A DNA stretch of 64,000 nucleotides from Candidatus Latescibacterota bacterium (GTDB taxonomy: Bacteria; Latescibacterota; UBA2968): positions 4,640,001 to 4,704,000 of the forward strand of contig OZ220741.1 in assembly GCA_965116885.1 (NCBI GenBank), read 5' to 3'. Below the pieces are notes generated by a model. That model made no database searches. It was not told where the DNA came from and saw only the letters and a list, made by a program, of their open reading frames with translations. Made by a program: the position numbers and the translations under genes. Shown piece after piece: positions 1-9,140 of this stretch. Every line of letters begins with the position of its first letter. Position 1 is the first letter of the stretch.

Positions 1-87
1 ACATCAATGGGTTTTTGATGGTGCTGATTATTTTCCGGCACTATTGAATATAATCCCCTTTAGTAACCATATTCCATAAGAAACTGT

Positions 88-315
88 CTATTCTCTTGGA
101 GAGTCAACAGGGCGCATTTTAAATCTGCCATCATGAGTCACAACAATCCAGGCATTACCCGTTGTGGTGTCAAGAACAATCGCTGCTGTGCTATATGTTC
201 CAAGTTGATAACGCCCTATTTGTGGTCTCTTGAGCATAACTTCTGAGGTCAAGTAAAGACACAAAACTGTAAGAATGATACACAAAACAATTAGTGCTTT
301 TGTCCATGTATTCAT
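88..315 (-). CDS. Small membrane-anchored hypothetical protein
   Basis: 75 aa ORF with N-terminal hydrophobic helix; AGGGAG RBS; follows the Rep-like gene. Confidence 0.55.
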   Translation of the reverse strand: MNTWTKALIVLCIILTVLCLYLTSEVMLKRPQIGRYQLGTYSTAAIVLDTTTGNAWIVVTHDGRFKMRPVDSPRE

Positions 316-327
316 AGATTTATCTCC

Positions 328-1356
328 CTATAAAATTGCTGTGCCATGTGAAACTTCCTGTTTTTCGCTGATGATTCTGCCAGTATCAGGACAAATACCA
401 TAAATTTTTCCGTCTTTCTCGGTCTTCCCTTCTTTGATGCGCCGGGCAAATAGGGTGGCCTGGTGCAATGTTTCGGGCACTTTCCCGTTGTAGTCGCCAG
501 CAAAGGCATAATGAAAATAATCCACGGGGTTGTGGGAGTCGCCAGCACACTCCCGAATAAAATCATCCAAAAAGCACAAAACTTTGTTGAGCTTTTCCGG
601 CCTTATGCGGAAAAGGTGTGCGATCCCATTGCTGTCCCCAGACTTTTCGCAGTAAAGAGAAACTATCTGCGCCATAGGCGATGCCCCAGCATCCAGCCCG
701 GCATTGAGGTGCTCAAAATCCACACCATGATTTTTAAGGACTTGTATCGACTGTGCCTTTGCTTTTGATTTATCTGTGGATAAAGATTTTGCTGTTCTTC
801 TTTCTTTAGAAGGAACAGAACAAACTGGTTGGGCAGTCTGTTCCTTACGACTTATCTGTTCTGTTCTCTCATAGGTCGGATGTACTATTTCTTTTTTTTC
901 CTGTATTTGTACTTCTTTTTTTCTGGGGTTTACTGGTGGACTGGGTACCCGGTTCATTTCTGCACAGTCATACTCAATGATGCTGTCGCCATTCATCATA
1001 GGGTGCTTTCTCAGAGAGTAGAGTGTGGTGCGTTGTTGAGCGTCTTTGTTGTGGTTCCGGTGTGTCTTACGGAGAAGTCCCATATCGACAAGGATGTTGA
1101 GGTATCGCTTGACGGTGGACCGGCTCATTTTTGTCTTCTTTGCGATGGTGTTAAGAGAGGGCCAGCAGAATCCGTTTTTTCCTATTAACCGGCGAATAAA
1201 CCCATACATGTATGCGGTCTTCAAAGAGACGCCATCGCGCAGAAAAAGCCAGTCTTCCACCATTGTAAACTTGTTTGATACGGTTGGGTTGAAGTGATCT
1301 TCGTGGAGACTCAGTTCTTCGCGAATCTCCAGTATGTCTTGCTGTGTCAATCTCAT
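328..1356 (-). CDS. HTH-domain replication-initiator-like protein (HTH_36 type)
   Basis: CWPSLNTIAKKTKMSRSTVKRYLNILVDMGLL wHTH typical of phage/plasmid initiators, followed by a Lys-rich linker. Confidence 0.65.
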   Translation of the reverse strand: MRLTQQDILEIREELSLHEDHFNPTVSNKFTMVEDWLFLRDGVSLKTAYMYGFIRRLIGKNGFCWPSLNTIAKKTKMSRSTVKRYLNILVDMGLLRKTHRNHNKDAQQRTTLYSLRKHPMMNGDSIIEYDCAEMNRVPSPPVNPRKKEVQIQEKKEIVHPTYERTEQISRKEQTAQPVCSVPSKERRTAKSLSTDKSKAKAQSIQVLKNHGVDFEHLNAGLDAGASPMAQIVSLYCEKSGDSNGIAHLFRIRPEKLNKVLCFLDDFIRECAGDSHNPVDYFHYAFAGDYNGKVPETLHQATLFARRIKEGKTEKDGKIYGICPDTGRIISEKQEVSHGTAIL

Positions 1357-1679
1357 TGTAAGGTTCCTTCCTTCTCACTTTTGCTAAACATTTCTCTCGT
1401 CCCCTCTTTCCGCTACACGTCGAGGTCCTCTCTGCGCATAGCGCTGGCAAATTTGAAGAACTCTGGCTCCCAGCCATAGAACACGGCACATATGATATTA
1501 TTTTTATAATGTTCATGACCCTTTATTTTTGGGGTAGATACGAAAAAGGGAGAACCTTATGTAGTCGCATAAGACCCTCCCTATCTACCTCTATGCAAAA
1601 CAAAGCGTCTATACTTTTTATGCCTAAAAAAAATATAGGGTAGCCATTCTCAAATGGCAAGAGAAAAGCGAGGTGTGTT

Positions 1680-1961
1680 ATGGCTACCAGTGCCCCTGGT
1701 ATGCATTTCCGCGAGGGTATCTCTATCATCCAGTTATTCAAGATGTTCCCAGACGACGCTTCTGCTGAAGCTTGGTTCATACATACACGCTGGCCCGATG
1801 GTATGGCCTGCCCGCGCTGTGGGAGTATCAATGTGAATGAAAGGACGGCTCACAAGACCATGCCACATAGATGTAGAGACTGTGACAAGCGCTTCTCTGC
1901 AAAGACTGGCACCATTATGGCGTGCTCCAAATCATTCGTGGCCAACTTCATCTCATCCTGA
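1680..1961 (+). pseudogene. Truncated IS1595-family transposase (N-terminal Zn ribbon only)
   Basis: APGMHFREGISIIQL...RWPDGMACPRCGS...HRCRDCDKRFSAKTGTIM; ends before the DDE domain. Confidence 0.85.
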
Positions 1962-2389
1962 TCAAGCCGATCAATCACATTCCTGCGCCACCAGATTTCT
2001 TTGCCTGACTGCGCTCCATCAACCGTGGATTAGCCTCAAAGCGACCATATTTTCGTTTTGGCATTGCAACCTCCTTGTACGAAAAGAGAGAAATGATGGC
2101 ATAAATATAATGGAGTAGGATTAGCCCCAGGACTCAGCCCCAAAAACGACGCTGTGCCGCCTCTCTTGACAGCGCCCGTTTAGAGAAAGTGTATTTAATA
2201 TCTGTCTGAAAAAAGGCAGAGCACCATAAAGGCAGATGGCTGGTCTGTCAGTCGCCCTTCTTTGCTTTTCAATCGAAAAGTGAGGGAGGGCGTTTTTGTT
2301 GCTGGCGGATGGCTGTCATTTCAGTTGAAAAAGCCAGTCAGCGGGCTGAGCGCAATGGATCTATTACCCCAAAAAAGGAGGTTGAAGAT

Positions 2390-3190
2390 ATGGCTGTTAA
2401 AAAGAGCGATAATGGCAAGTCCGCATTGTTTGTTGTGGGTGATAAAGAAGCGAAGTTGAGTATTGCTCATGCGATGGCGATGGGCTATCGCATAACCCTT
2501 GATGGCGATGGGAATGCTGAGATCGTAAATCCCGATAGTCGAGCTTATTATGTGCAGAATTTTGAATGTGATTGCCCGGATAAGCGCATGCGTGGCGGGT
2601 CCTATCACGGACGTTGTAAGCACGAGGGTTGGATCGGGCAAATGCGCCCATGTGAAATGTGTGGTGCTGTGATGTATTTGGGTGAGTTTAAGACGGCTTT
2701 TGGTGAATGCCTGATGCGGTTTGAATGTCCTGCTTGTGGGAATGCCCGAGATCACGAACTGGTGCGTGAAGAGCGCACGATCTTGCGAGATGGTGGGCCG
2801 CAGGATGAGCGGTTGATGCCCGAGGGCAGATGCCGTCAGGCCATTGCCTATCTTGAGAAGCGCGATACCGAGCGCTATGTGTGGTTTGTGGTGCGTCAAT
2901 CGCCAGATCTCGCGCCGATTATGGTGCGTCTCTTGGCCGAAGCCGGGCATGGTGAATTGGGTGATGAGATCGCAAAAGTGTTTTCTGTTCTGTCACCATC
3001 AGCCGAGCACGAGATGCGCGAGCGGTTGAAGAAAGGGCGGGCTGAATTGCGTAAGGTTCCGAAGGGGCAAAGGTTGCTCTCTGGATTGCTCAATCATCTG
3101 GGCGTTAAAAGTTTTGAGGAGGTTGTGAGTGAGGATTTGCCGGATGTGGTTGGCTTATTTGAGGATGTGTATCGTTCAGCAGTACAGTAA
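2390..3190 (+). CDS. SWIM zinc-finger + Zn-ribbon protein
   Basis: CDCPD...CKH SWIM motif plus CEMC...CPAC; AAGGAGG RBS before ATG 2390. Confidence 0.7.
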   Translation: MAVKKSDNGKSALFVVGDKEAKLSIAHAMAMGYRITLDGDGNAEIVNPDSRAYYVQNFECDCPDKRMRGGSYHGRCKHEGWIGQMRPCEMCGAVMYLGEFKTAFGECLMRFECPACGNARDHELVREERTILRDGGPQDERLMPEGRCRQAIAYLEKRDTERYVWFVVRQSPDLAPIMVRLLAEAGHGELGDEIAKVFSVLSPSAEHEMRERLKKGRAELRKVPKGQRLLSGLLNHLGVKSFEEVVSEDLPDVVGLFEDVYRSAVQ

Positions 3191-3210
3191 GGTTTGATGC
3201 AGTAAGTTTT

Positions 3211-3241
3211 AAGGGGATCGGGTCATCCGGTCCCCTTTTTT
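3211..3241 (+). terminator. Intrinsic terminator
   Basis: aaggggatcgg-gtcat-ccggtcccctt hairpin followed by a T-run. Confidence 0.7.
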
Positions 3242-3256
3242 ACTTTGCAAATGAGG

Positions 3257-3290
3257 TGGATTTACCCCGTTTTGGTGGCGTATTTAGGGC
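3257..3290 (-). mobile_element. Orphan IS3-family right end
   Basis: TGGATTTACCCCGTTTTGGTGGCGTATTTAGGGC closely matches the reverse complement of the IS end at 21590-21623. Confidence 0.7.
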
Positions 3291-3425
3291 ATTGATATAC
3301 CTAATTCTGTCACCAATTTGCCCTCAAGCGAAATGTTAAGGGCAAAAACCCCTCGTTGCGATTCTCCCAATTTTCGGGCACAAAAACCTTGACAGGTATT
3401 TGTCCACCCCCGAAAGGAGATCGCT

Positions 3426-3830
3426 ATGAATCAAACAGCAGAAGCCGTCACCCCGCGACAACGCGCTGTGCTCCAAAAGCTCATGTTGTCCCCAAACTTC
3501 ACCGCAGCAGAAGCCCACCGTACCGCCATTTGGCTCAACTCACCCCGCGCCACAAAAGACAAGGCGACCGAGATTATCGACAAGGCCCAGGAGCGCATCA
3601 AAAACCGAGACGATAAGGCCGCCTATCACGCCCAAAAAGACGAGTATCCCCCCCGGCGATACTCGAATGAGAACCCGCCGCCCAATGGAAAATCGGATAC
3701 TGAAGACCCGCCAACGCCTGCACCAACTCGCAAAGCTGAACAGGAGCAGAAGATTTACCAAATCAATGGCGTGGACGACACCGACAAGACCAAAGCCACC
3801 GAAGCCGTGTCAAAGGACATTTTCGGCTAA
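3426..3830 (+). CDS. Hypothetical protein with DUF3072-like N-terminal helical motif
   Basis: TPRQRAVLQKL...SPRATKDKATEIIDKA; AAGGAG RBS. Confidence 0.55.
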   Translation: MNQTAEAVTPRQRAVLQKLMLSPNFTAAEAHRTAIWLNSPRATKDKATEIIDKAQERIKNRDDKAAYHAQKDEYPPRRYSNENPPPNGKSDTEDPPTPAPTRKAEQEQKIYQINGVDDTDKTKATEAVSKDIFG

Positions 3831-3839
3831 GGAGACGCC

Positions 3840-4538
3840 ATGTATAAAATCAACGGAGTCCACGAAGTCGAACAACCCATCTACAAAATACAACAGCGCG
3901 GCGCTGAGTCCTTATCCGATGAAGAACTTTTGGCACTGGTCTTGCGAATCTCGCAAAGAGATGATTGCAATGTGCTGGCTAAGTTGCGCGGCTTTTTGAA
4001 ACGGAACCCTCTCCAATCACTCGCTGACTTTCAGCTTGAGACACCACCAGGGCAAATTGTCAAGCGCGAGCTTAAAGGAAACGATTTGACAAAGGCTCAG
4101 TTGTTGACGCTAAAAGCCGTTATCGAGTTTGCCCGCAGAGTGTTGGACAGAGGTATGGGCACAGAACCATCAATCACTTCGCCTGCTGATGTACTTCCCG
4201 AACTGCGCGACATCAAAGACAAAAAGCGAGAATATTTTGTCACTGTTTTCCTCAATGCTCGGAATCAGATCATCAATACGGAAATCGTCAGCGTTGGCAG
4301 TCTATCTGCCTCTCTTGTGCATCCAAGAGAAGTTTTTGCCCCAGCCGTAGCGTCAAGCGCAGCGAGCGTGATATTGGGACACAACCACCCCAGCGGCGAT
4401 GTGACACCTTCAAGGGAAGATATTGAACTCACCCGCCGCATTGTGCAAGCTGGCGAGATTATGGGGATCGAGGTATTGGATCACCTGATTGTCGGCTCAG
4501 AGCGATTTCTTTCAATGAAAGAGGCGAATGTATTTTGA
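3840..4538 (+). CDS. radC: RadC family JAB-domain protein
   Basis: LSDEELLALVL N-terminus; VHPREVF and HNHPSGDVTPSREDIELT...LDHLIVG JAB motifs. Confidence 0.92.
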   Translation: MYKINGVHEVEQPIYKIQQRGAESLSDEELLALVLRISQRDDCNVLAKLRGFLKRNPLQSLADFQLETPPGQIVKRELKGNDLTKAQLLTLKAVIEFARRVLDRGMGTEPSITSPADVLPELRDIKDKKREYFVTVFLNARNQIINTEIVSVGSLSASLVHPREVFAPAVASSAASVILGHNHPSGDVTPSREDIELTRRIVQAGEIMGIEVLDHLIVGSERFLSMKEANVF

Positions 4539-4587
4539 CCACCTGGACGGCGGCTTCAAGGGCCGCCCACACAAAAGGATCGCACCA

Positions 4588-4767
4588 ATGCCAGAAAAGA
4601 CCACACCACACACACCGGAAAAGTTCGTTGTCCGTCTCAAGTTCTTCGGGCTGGTCACAGTCAAGCCAGAGGAATTTGTCGAGAAGCTCGAAAAGCTATG
4701 CCAAGAGTTCACGGACTCGCCAGAGGAATACAGCTTTTCCTGGGACACAGATTTCGCCGCTGAATGA
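4588..4767 (+). CDS. Small acidic hypothetical protein
   Basis: 59 aa ORF with AAGGA RBS within the operon. Confidence 0.45.
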   Translation: MPEKTTPHTPEKFVVRLKFFGLVTVKPEEFVEKLEKLCQEFTDSPEEYSFSWDTDFAAE

Positions 4768-4779
4768 AAGGAATCCCCC

Positions 4780-5109
4780 ATGAGCAATTATGAAGATGCA
4801 CCACCCGAGATTGCCGAGGCAATCAAACATTCCACCATCATCAAGGAGGCATCTATGCCACAGCCAGAAATTACATTTCGACATGGTCTTTGCAGCGCGT
4901 CAATCTACGAGAATGAATACACACGCGGAGAGGAAAAGTTCACCGTCCGCACGGTATCGTTTCAGCGCAGTTACCTGGACAAAGACGGCAACTGGCAACA
5001 GACCAACAGCCTGAAGGTGAACGATATACCGAAGGCCGTAATATGCTTGAACAAGTGTTACGAATTTCTCACCTCATCCTACTCGGTGCCTGACGCTGAA
5101 GATGGATAG
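4780..5109 (+). CDS. Small SSB-like / single-stranded nucleic-acid-binding protein
   Basis: SASIYENE...TVSFQRSYLDKDGNWQQTNSL and acidic tail; alternative start at 4855 with AAGGAGG. Confidence 0.6.
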   Translation: MSNYEDAPPEIAEAIKHSTIIKEASMPQPEITFRHGLCSASIYENEYTRGEEKFTVRTVSFQRSYLDKDGNWQQTNSLKVNDIPKAVICLNKCYEFLTSSYSVPDAEDG

Positions 5110-5160
5110 CCCACCTGGGCGGCTCCAGGGTCGCCCAATTCACACAGGAGACACAGCCCT

Positions 5161-5349
5161 ATGTGGATAGAGAACGGCAAGCGTCTCATTGCCCTCGACG
5201 GTCGAGATGTAAGGCTCGAACATCGGGATATTGTCTTTGAAGGCAGGAGTAATATCGAAGTGATCCGCTACCCTTCAGAACAGACCGCAAAAGTGCAGTA
5301 TAAAAAGATCGTGCGGCGGCTGAGTGATCGGATCATTACGCAGGTCTAA
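5161..5349 (+). CDS. Small hypothetical protein
   Basis: 62 aa ORF with AGGAG RBS. Confidence 0.45.
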   Translation: MWIENGKRLIALDGRDVRLEHRDIVFEGRSNIEVIRYPSEQTAKVQYKKIVRRLSDRIITQV

Positions 5350-5420
5350 CCTCACGAAACTGACCACCAGGGCAGCCCGCGCGGTCGCCACAACCCCCAC
5401 CTTTTGAAAGGATTCAACCA

Positions 5421-6164
5421 ATGGAAGCTATCGCAACAGAAACCAGCTTGCTCCCCGAAGTCGATGTTGAGGCATTGATTGGAGAGTGCTACACGCCCTT
5501 TCCTCAAAAAGTGATAAAGATTCGCCAGGATGCAGGAACAGGCAATAAACCCCTCTCGTATGTGGGACACCCCGAATATACCCGCCGTCTGGATCGGCTC
5601 TTTCCCTTCGCCTGGGACTTTCGGACCGAAGTGGTAGGACTCACAGACACAGCCGTAGCCGTTAAAGGCTCGCTGTCCATTACGTTAGAGGACGGGCGAA
5701 CAATCACCAGGGAAAACTTTGGACATGGTGCGATCAACCGAGGATTCCCGCTCGGGGACGCTATGAAAGTCGCCGCTGTGGACGCTCTAAAAAAATGTTG
5801 CTCCACCTTCGGTATCGGCCTGCATCTGTATGATGGGGATTCCGACCAGGCAAACCGCGCCAGCACCAACGGCCAGCACAACGGGGATCCGTTTGACCAG
5901 GACTGGCATGATTATGGCGCAGACTTCAATGGCGCTCCACCGCGCGAGCAAGGGCCGGAACGTTACGACATTGGCAACGATCCGTCACCGGCTACCTCAA
6001 AGCAGATCGTCGCCTTACAGAACATTGCCAAATCCTCAAAGACGGATCCCGACCTGAAGGATGAGATCAACCGAAAGCTCAAGACGCCAACTACAGACGG
6101 CAGCCCGCGCGTCACGAAGAAAGAGGCCTCCGACCTGATAAGTCGGGCATTTGATAATGATTAA
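5421..6164 (+). CDS. Rad52/Rad22-family single-strand annealing protein (Sak/DdrA-like)
   Basis: LSYV...RRLDRLF.FAWDF and GDAMKVAAVDALKKCCSTFGIGLHLY signature. Confidence 0.85.
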   Translation: MEAIATETSLLPEVDVEALIGECYTPFPQKVIKIRQDAGTGNKPLSYVGHPEYTRRLDRLFPFAWDFRTEVVGLTDTAVAVKGSLSITLEDGRTITRENFGHGAINRGFPLGDAMKVAAVDALKKCCSTFGIGLHLYDGDSDQANRASTNGQHNGDPFDQDWHDYGADFNGAPPREQGPERYDIGNDPSPATSKQIVALQNIAKSSKTDPDLKDEINRKLKTPTTDGSPRVTKKEASDLISRAFDND

Positions 6165-6171
6165 AACCCTA

Positions 6172-6227
6172 TGAGAGCGTTTAATCGAAATTGTCAAGGG
6201 GGAGGACACACTGATTAAACGCTCTCA
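6172..6227. repeat. 15-bp perfect inverted repeat
   Basis: tgagagcgtttaatc (6172-6186) and gattaaacgctctca (6213-6227). Confidence 0.85.
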
Positions 6228-6342
6228 AGTGGCTTTAATAATACTGTTTCCGCTCTTTTCGATACATCGAGCCTCGCGGGCGCAGTGAACAGTCCCCCAC
6301 CATCGTTGCCCCATTTTGTCACCCCATCAATGGAGGATACAC

Positions 6343-6516
6343 ATGTCAACCACAGTCCCCCCGATCGAGCGGCAGGACAAAAACGAGCTCGTGATTGTCG
6401 CGGTGAAGATTCCCCGAGTACAGGTCGCCTTACTCGACAATGCCGCGAGCAATGATTGGGAGACGCGCAACACAATAGTACGGCGAGCGATTGAGCAGTA
6501 TTTCCAGAAACGCTAA
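6343..6516 (+). CDS. Ribbon-helix-helix (CopG-like) regulator
   Basis: VAVKIPRVQVALLDNAA...TRNTIVRRAIEQYF; GGAGG RBS. Confidence 0.7.
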   Translation: MSTTVPPIERQDKNELVIVAVKIPRVQVALLDNAASNDWETRNTIVRRAIEQYFQKR

Positions 6517-6655
6517 AATCTTCTCTGACGCATTCTGAGGCGTTTTAACGCCCGATCTGCTCTACCTGTCTCACTTACTTTTGCGGAAAAATAAGAGACC
6601 TCAAAACCTGCCCCACAGGGCTTTAGCCTGGTGGGGTTTTTTCATTGGAGCATAT

Positions 6656-6994
6656 ATGGGAGAAAACACCTATTATAGCGATGACGACTTCTGGCAGAAG
6701 ATCAACAACTATGCCAGGATAGCCGGACGCAAGGTTGTCGAGAAAGCCTTACAACTGTATTACGCCGCCGCCGATCCAAAGACGCCCGCATGGGCAAAGG
6801 GTGTGATATGGGGCGCGCTGATGTATTTCATCGCGCCGGTCGATGCCATCCCCGATGTGGTTCCGTTTGCTGGATTCAGCGATGATTTTGGCGTGCTGGT
6901 CTGTGCGATCATAACCGTGAATGCACACATCACGGAAAAGATTGAAAAACGAGCGACCGAGAAATTGAAGGAGTGGTTCGAGCGAGAGACTTGA
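6656..6994 (+). CDS. YkvA / DUF1232 family membrane protein
   Basis: ALMYFIAPVDAIPDVVPFAGFSDD motif. Confidence 0.9.
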   Translation: MGENTYYSDDDFWQKINNYARIAGRKVVEKALQLYYAAADPKTPAWAKGVIWGALMYFIAPVDAIPDVVPFAGFSDDFGVLVCAIITVNAHITEKIEKRATEKLKEWFERET

Positions 6995-7003
6995 CTTTTT
7001 CAG

Positions 7004-7032
7004 TTGACGGCCCCGCCTTTGCGTTGTATTCT
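7004..7032 (+). promoter_or_regulatory. sigma70-type promoter
   Basis: TTGACG-17 bp-TATTCT. Confidence 0.6.
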
Positions 7033-7038
7033 GACAAC

Positions 7039-7322
7039 AGTCCATTGTCATAGCGGAAACCCGATTATGTCGGGTGGCTCGCCCTATACAACAGCCCATT
7101 AACGGCAAAGGGTCGCTCCCTGAGCCGGGTGAAAAGGCGGGGCTTTTGTGCGTATTTTCCGCATGACGGTGGACTCTGCCCGGCACTCATTTTTGTGAGT
7201 GCCAACCACCTCACGCGGGAAGTCCACCGATGCGTAAAGCCCACGCAAAAGCTGTACGGTTTTTCAACTACTATTTGGCAAAAATAAAGCCCTCTGGGAG
7301 TGCGCCTCTCAGGGGGCTTTTT
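7039..7322 (+). ncRNA. Candidate structured non-coding RNA or ssDNA-folding element
   Basis: Nested stems between the promoter and a terminator-like hairpin at ~7286-7322; no credible ORF. Confidence 0.4.
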
Positions 7323-7351
7323 GTGTGGTACCCATCACAAGGGAGGAATTT

Positions 7352-7834
7352 ATGACGAGATATTTTGCAGTCCTTTTTGTATTGCTGGCAACACATGCCA
7401 TTGACGCGCGTGAACCTTGGCCACCTCGCGGCGGCCTGGGAAAAGACCTGCCCAAAGAGCTTTCCGCGGCTTACTGGTTGGCCGCGGATACTGCCCCCCG
7501 AAAGTTTCCATACCCCGATGAGGTCGAGCGGCTTTTCTACGACTTCAATGTGAGAGCCAAATTTTCCTTCATGGTAGTCAGAATGATGGAGATAGCCAAA
7601 AGGGGAAACGGCAGAGTGTCGCCAGGAGATGAAGCCAAGCTGAAGATTGCCCTTGATAACTTTCTCAAGGCGATCTTCGCCAATAGCCGCTTTGCCCGTC
7701 TGACAAAATTGAAGCAGAGGCAAATCGCCCATGCTGTGAAAGACTTCGCCGCCACAGAGATAGCGGCGCGTGTCATATACATCCACAGCCTGGCCGAGAT
7801 CGAGAGGTATTCCAAACAGAAAAAAGCCCGTTAA
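7352..7834 (+). CDS. Secreted hypothetical protein
   Basis: GGAGG RBS; signal peptide MTRYFAVLFVLLATHAIDA. Confidence 0.65.
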   Translation: MTRYFAVLFVLLATHAIDAREPWPPRGGLGKDLPKELSAAYWLAADTAPRKFPYPDEVERLFYDFNVRAKFSFMVVRMMEIAKRGNGRVSPGDEAKLKIALDNFLKAIFANSRFARLTKLKQRQIAHAVKDFAATEIAARVIYIHSLAEIERYSKQKKAR

Positions 7835-7854
7835 AAAGAAAGGAAGGTATCACT

Positions 7855-8664
7855 ATGAAACATCGCATTTTGCTGGCGGTCGCCGTCTTGCTGGCCGCTT
7901 GCTCGCAAGAGACCACCGATCGCCAGACGGCAGTAGATGATCTGGCCGAGAAGGTGATAGCTGAAAAAGCCGAGCAGAAGAAACAGGCTGAGCAGGAGGA
8001 GAAAGAGGAAAAAAAGCAGGTCGAGAGTGTAGGCCGGACGAAGGCCGAGAGAGTCGTGGAGGCTTACCTGCTCTCAGACACCGCAAAAGACCGTGCCCGC
8101 TTTGTCCTGGATCCAAAGACGGCTTTGCCTCGGATGGTGGAGAAGTATTACAGAGATAGGAGCCTCAGAGACCTCTTAGAGATCAATGCCATTTCGCGTG
8201 TTGATGGAGAGGGAGACCCAAAGGTCGGTAGATATGGCGAATACCGAGCGGACGTTGCCAATAGGCGAGGATCCACAAACGTGTATTACTACTACGTCAA
8301 AAACACCAAGGATGGGATGAAAATTGACTGGGAAGCGGCTGTTGGATACAACGAGATGTCTTGGAATGCCTTCAAGGCGTCGCGCCCCACAAAACCTGTT
8401 ACTATGCGCGCAGTTGCAATACTCGACGACTATTACATCTTCGCCTTCCGCAATGCCGAGAGAACACATTACAGCATTCGTTTCCCCCTCGAAGGCGTCA
8501 ATGGCTACGTGAGAAAGGATTCCAGGTTAGGCAAACGCCTTTTCGATACCCTCAAAGATGGCGAGGAACACAACCTTGTCCTTTCAATTCATTTTCTGCC
8601 TAACTCCCGCGGGTTTGTCGTCCTCATCGACGACCTGGTGAGCGAAGATTGGCTCATTCGTTAA
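7855..8664 (+). CDS. Hypothetical lipoprotein
   Basis: Lipobox LAAC followed by a charged helical linker. Confidence 0.75.
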   Translation: MKHRILLAVAVLLAACSQETTDRQTAVDDLAEKVIAEKAEQKKQAEQEEKEEKKQVESVGRTKAERVVEAYLLSDTAKDRARFVLDPKTALPRMVEKYYRDRSLRDLLEINAISRVDGEGDPKVGRYGEYRADVANRRGSTNVYYYYVKNTKDGMKIDWEAAVGYNEMSWNAFKASRPTKPVTMRAVAILDDYYIFAFRNAERTHYSIRFPLEGVNGYVRKDSRLGKRLFDTLKDGEEHNLVLSIHFLPNSRGFVVLIDDLVSEDWLIR

Positions 8665-8677
8665 TAAGGAGTCTGTT

Positions 8678-8959
8678 ATGAAATTCAATATCCTCAAGCC
8701 GAGAACATTCACCCCCAAAAATCAACTCATTATCGGTCTGCCGATCGCAGTGATCATGGCCTTTTTCGTTGTCAGCTTTTTCCTTAAGGCCAACACCAGC
8801 AGAATGCGGAAGATCGCCTCATGGGCGAGAAAGAAAGCCAGGGGTCTCGCAAAAAAATTAGTGATCTTTGGGCGACTGGACTACAACGAAAATGCCATCA
8901 CACACTTAGACGGAGCCAAAGGTATCCGGCTCTACGACTGTGTTATTTTTAACTACTGA
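8678..8959 (+). CDS. Small membrane protein, possibly truncated
   Basis: AAGGAG RBS; one TM helix. Confidence 0.45.
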   Translation: MKFNILKPRTFTPKNQLIIGLPIAVIMAFFVVSFFLKANTSRMRKIASWARKKARGLAKKLVIFGRLDYNENAITHLDGAKGIRLYDCVIFNY

Positions 8960-9000
8960 ACCCGCAGGAATCCGCCAGCCCTCGAGTACAAAAAAAGCCC

Positions 9001-9140
9001 GTCGATCATCACCTATCAACGGGCTTTTTTGCGTGAGCAGTATTGGCATGCGTCTGGGCGGGGCTGGCAAGTCGATCATCACCTATCAACGGGCTTTTTT
9101 GCGTGAGCAGTATTGGCATGCGTCTGGTGGGGGCTGGCAA
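9001..9140. repeat. 70-bp tandem duplication (2 copies) overlapping a terminator hairpin
   Basis: 9001-9070 and 9071-9140 nearly identical. Confidence 0.95.

Noticed and set aside
7142..7252. Retron msr-msd
   Set aside because: No reverse transcriptase in the window
328..9000. Complete prophage or ICE call
   Set aside because: No capsid, terminase, relaxase or T4SS genes in the window, so the element class cannot be fixed
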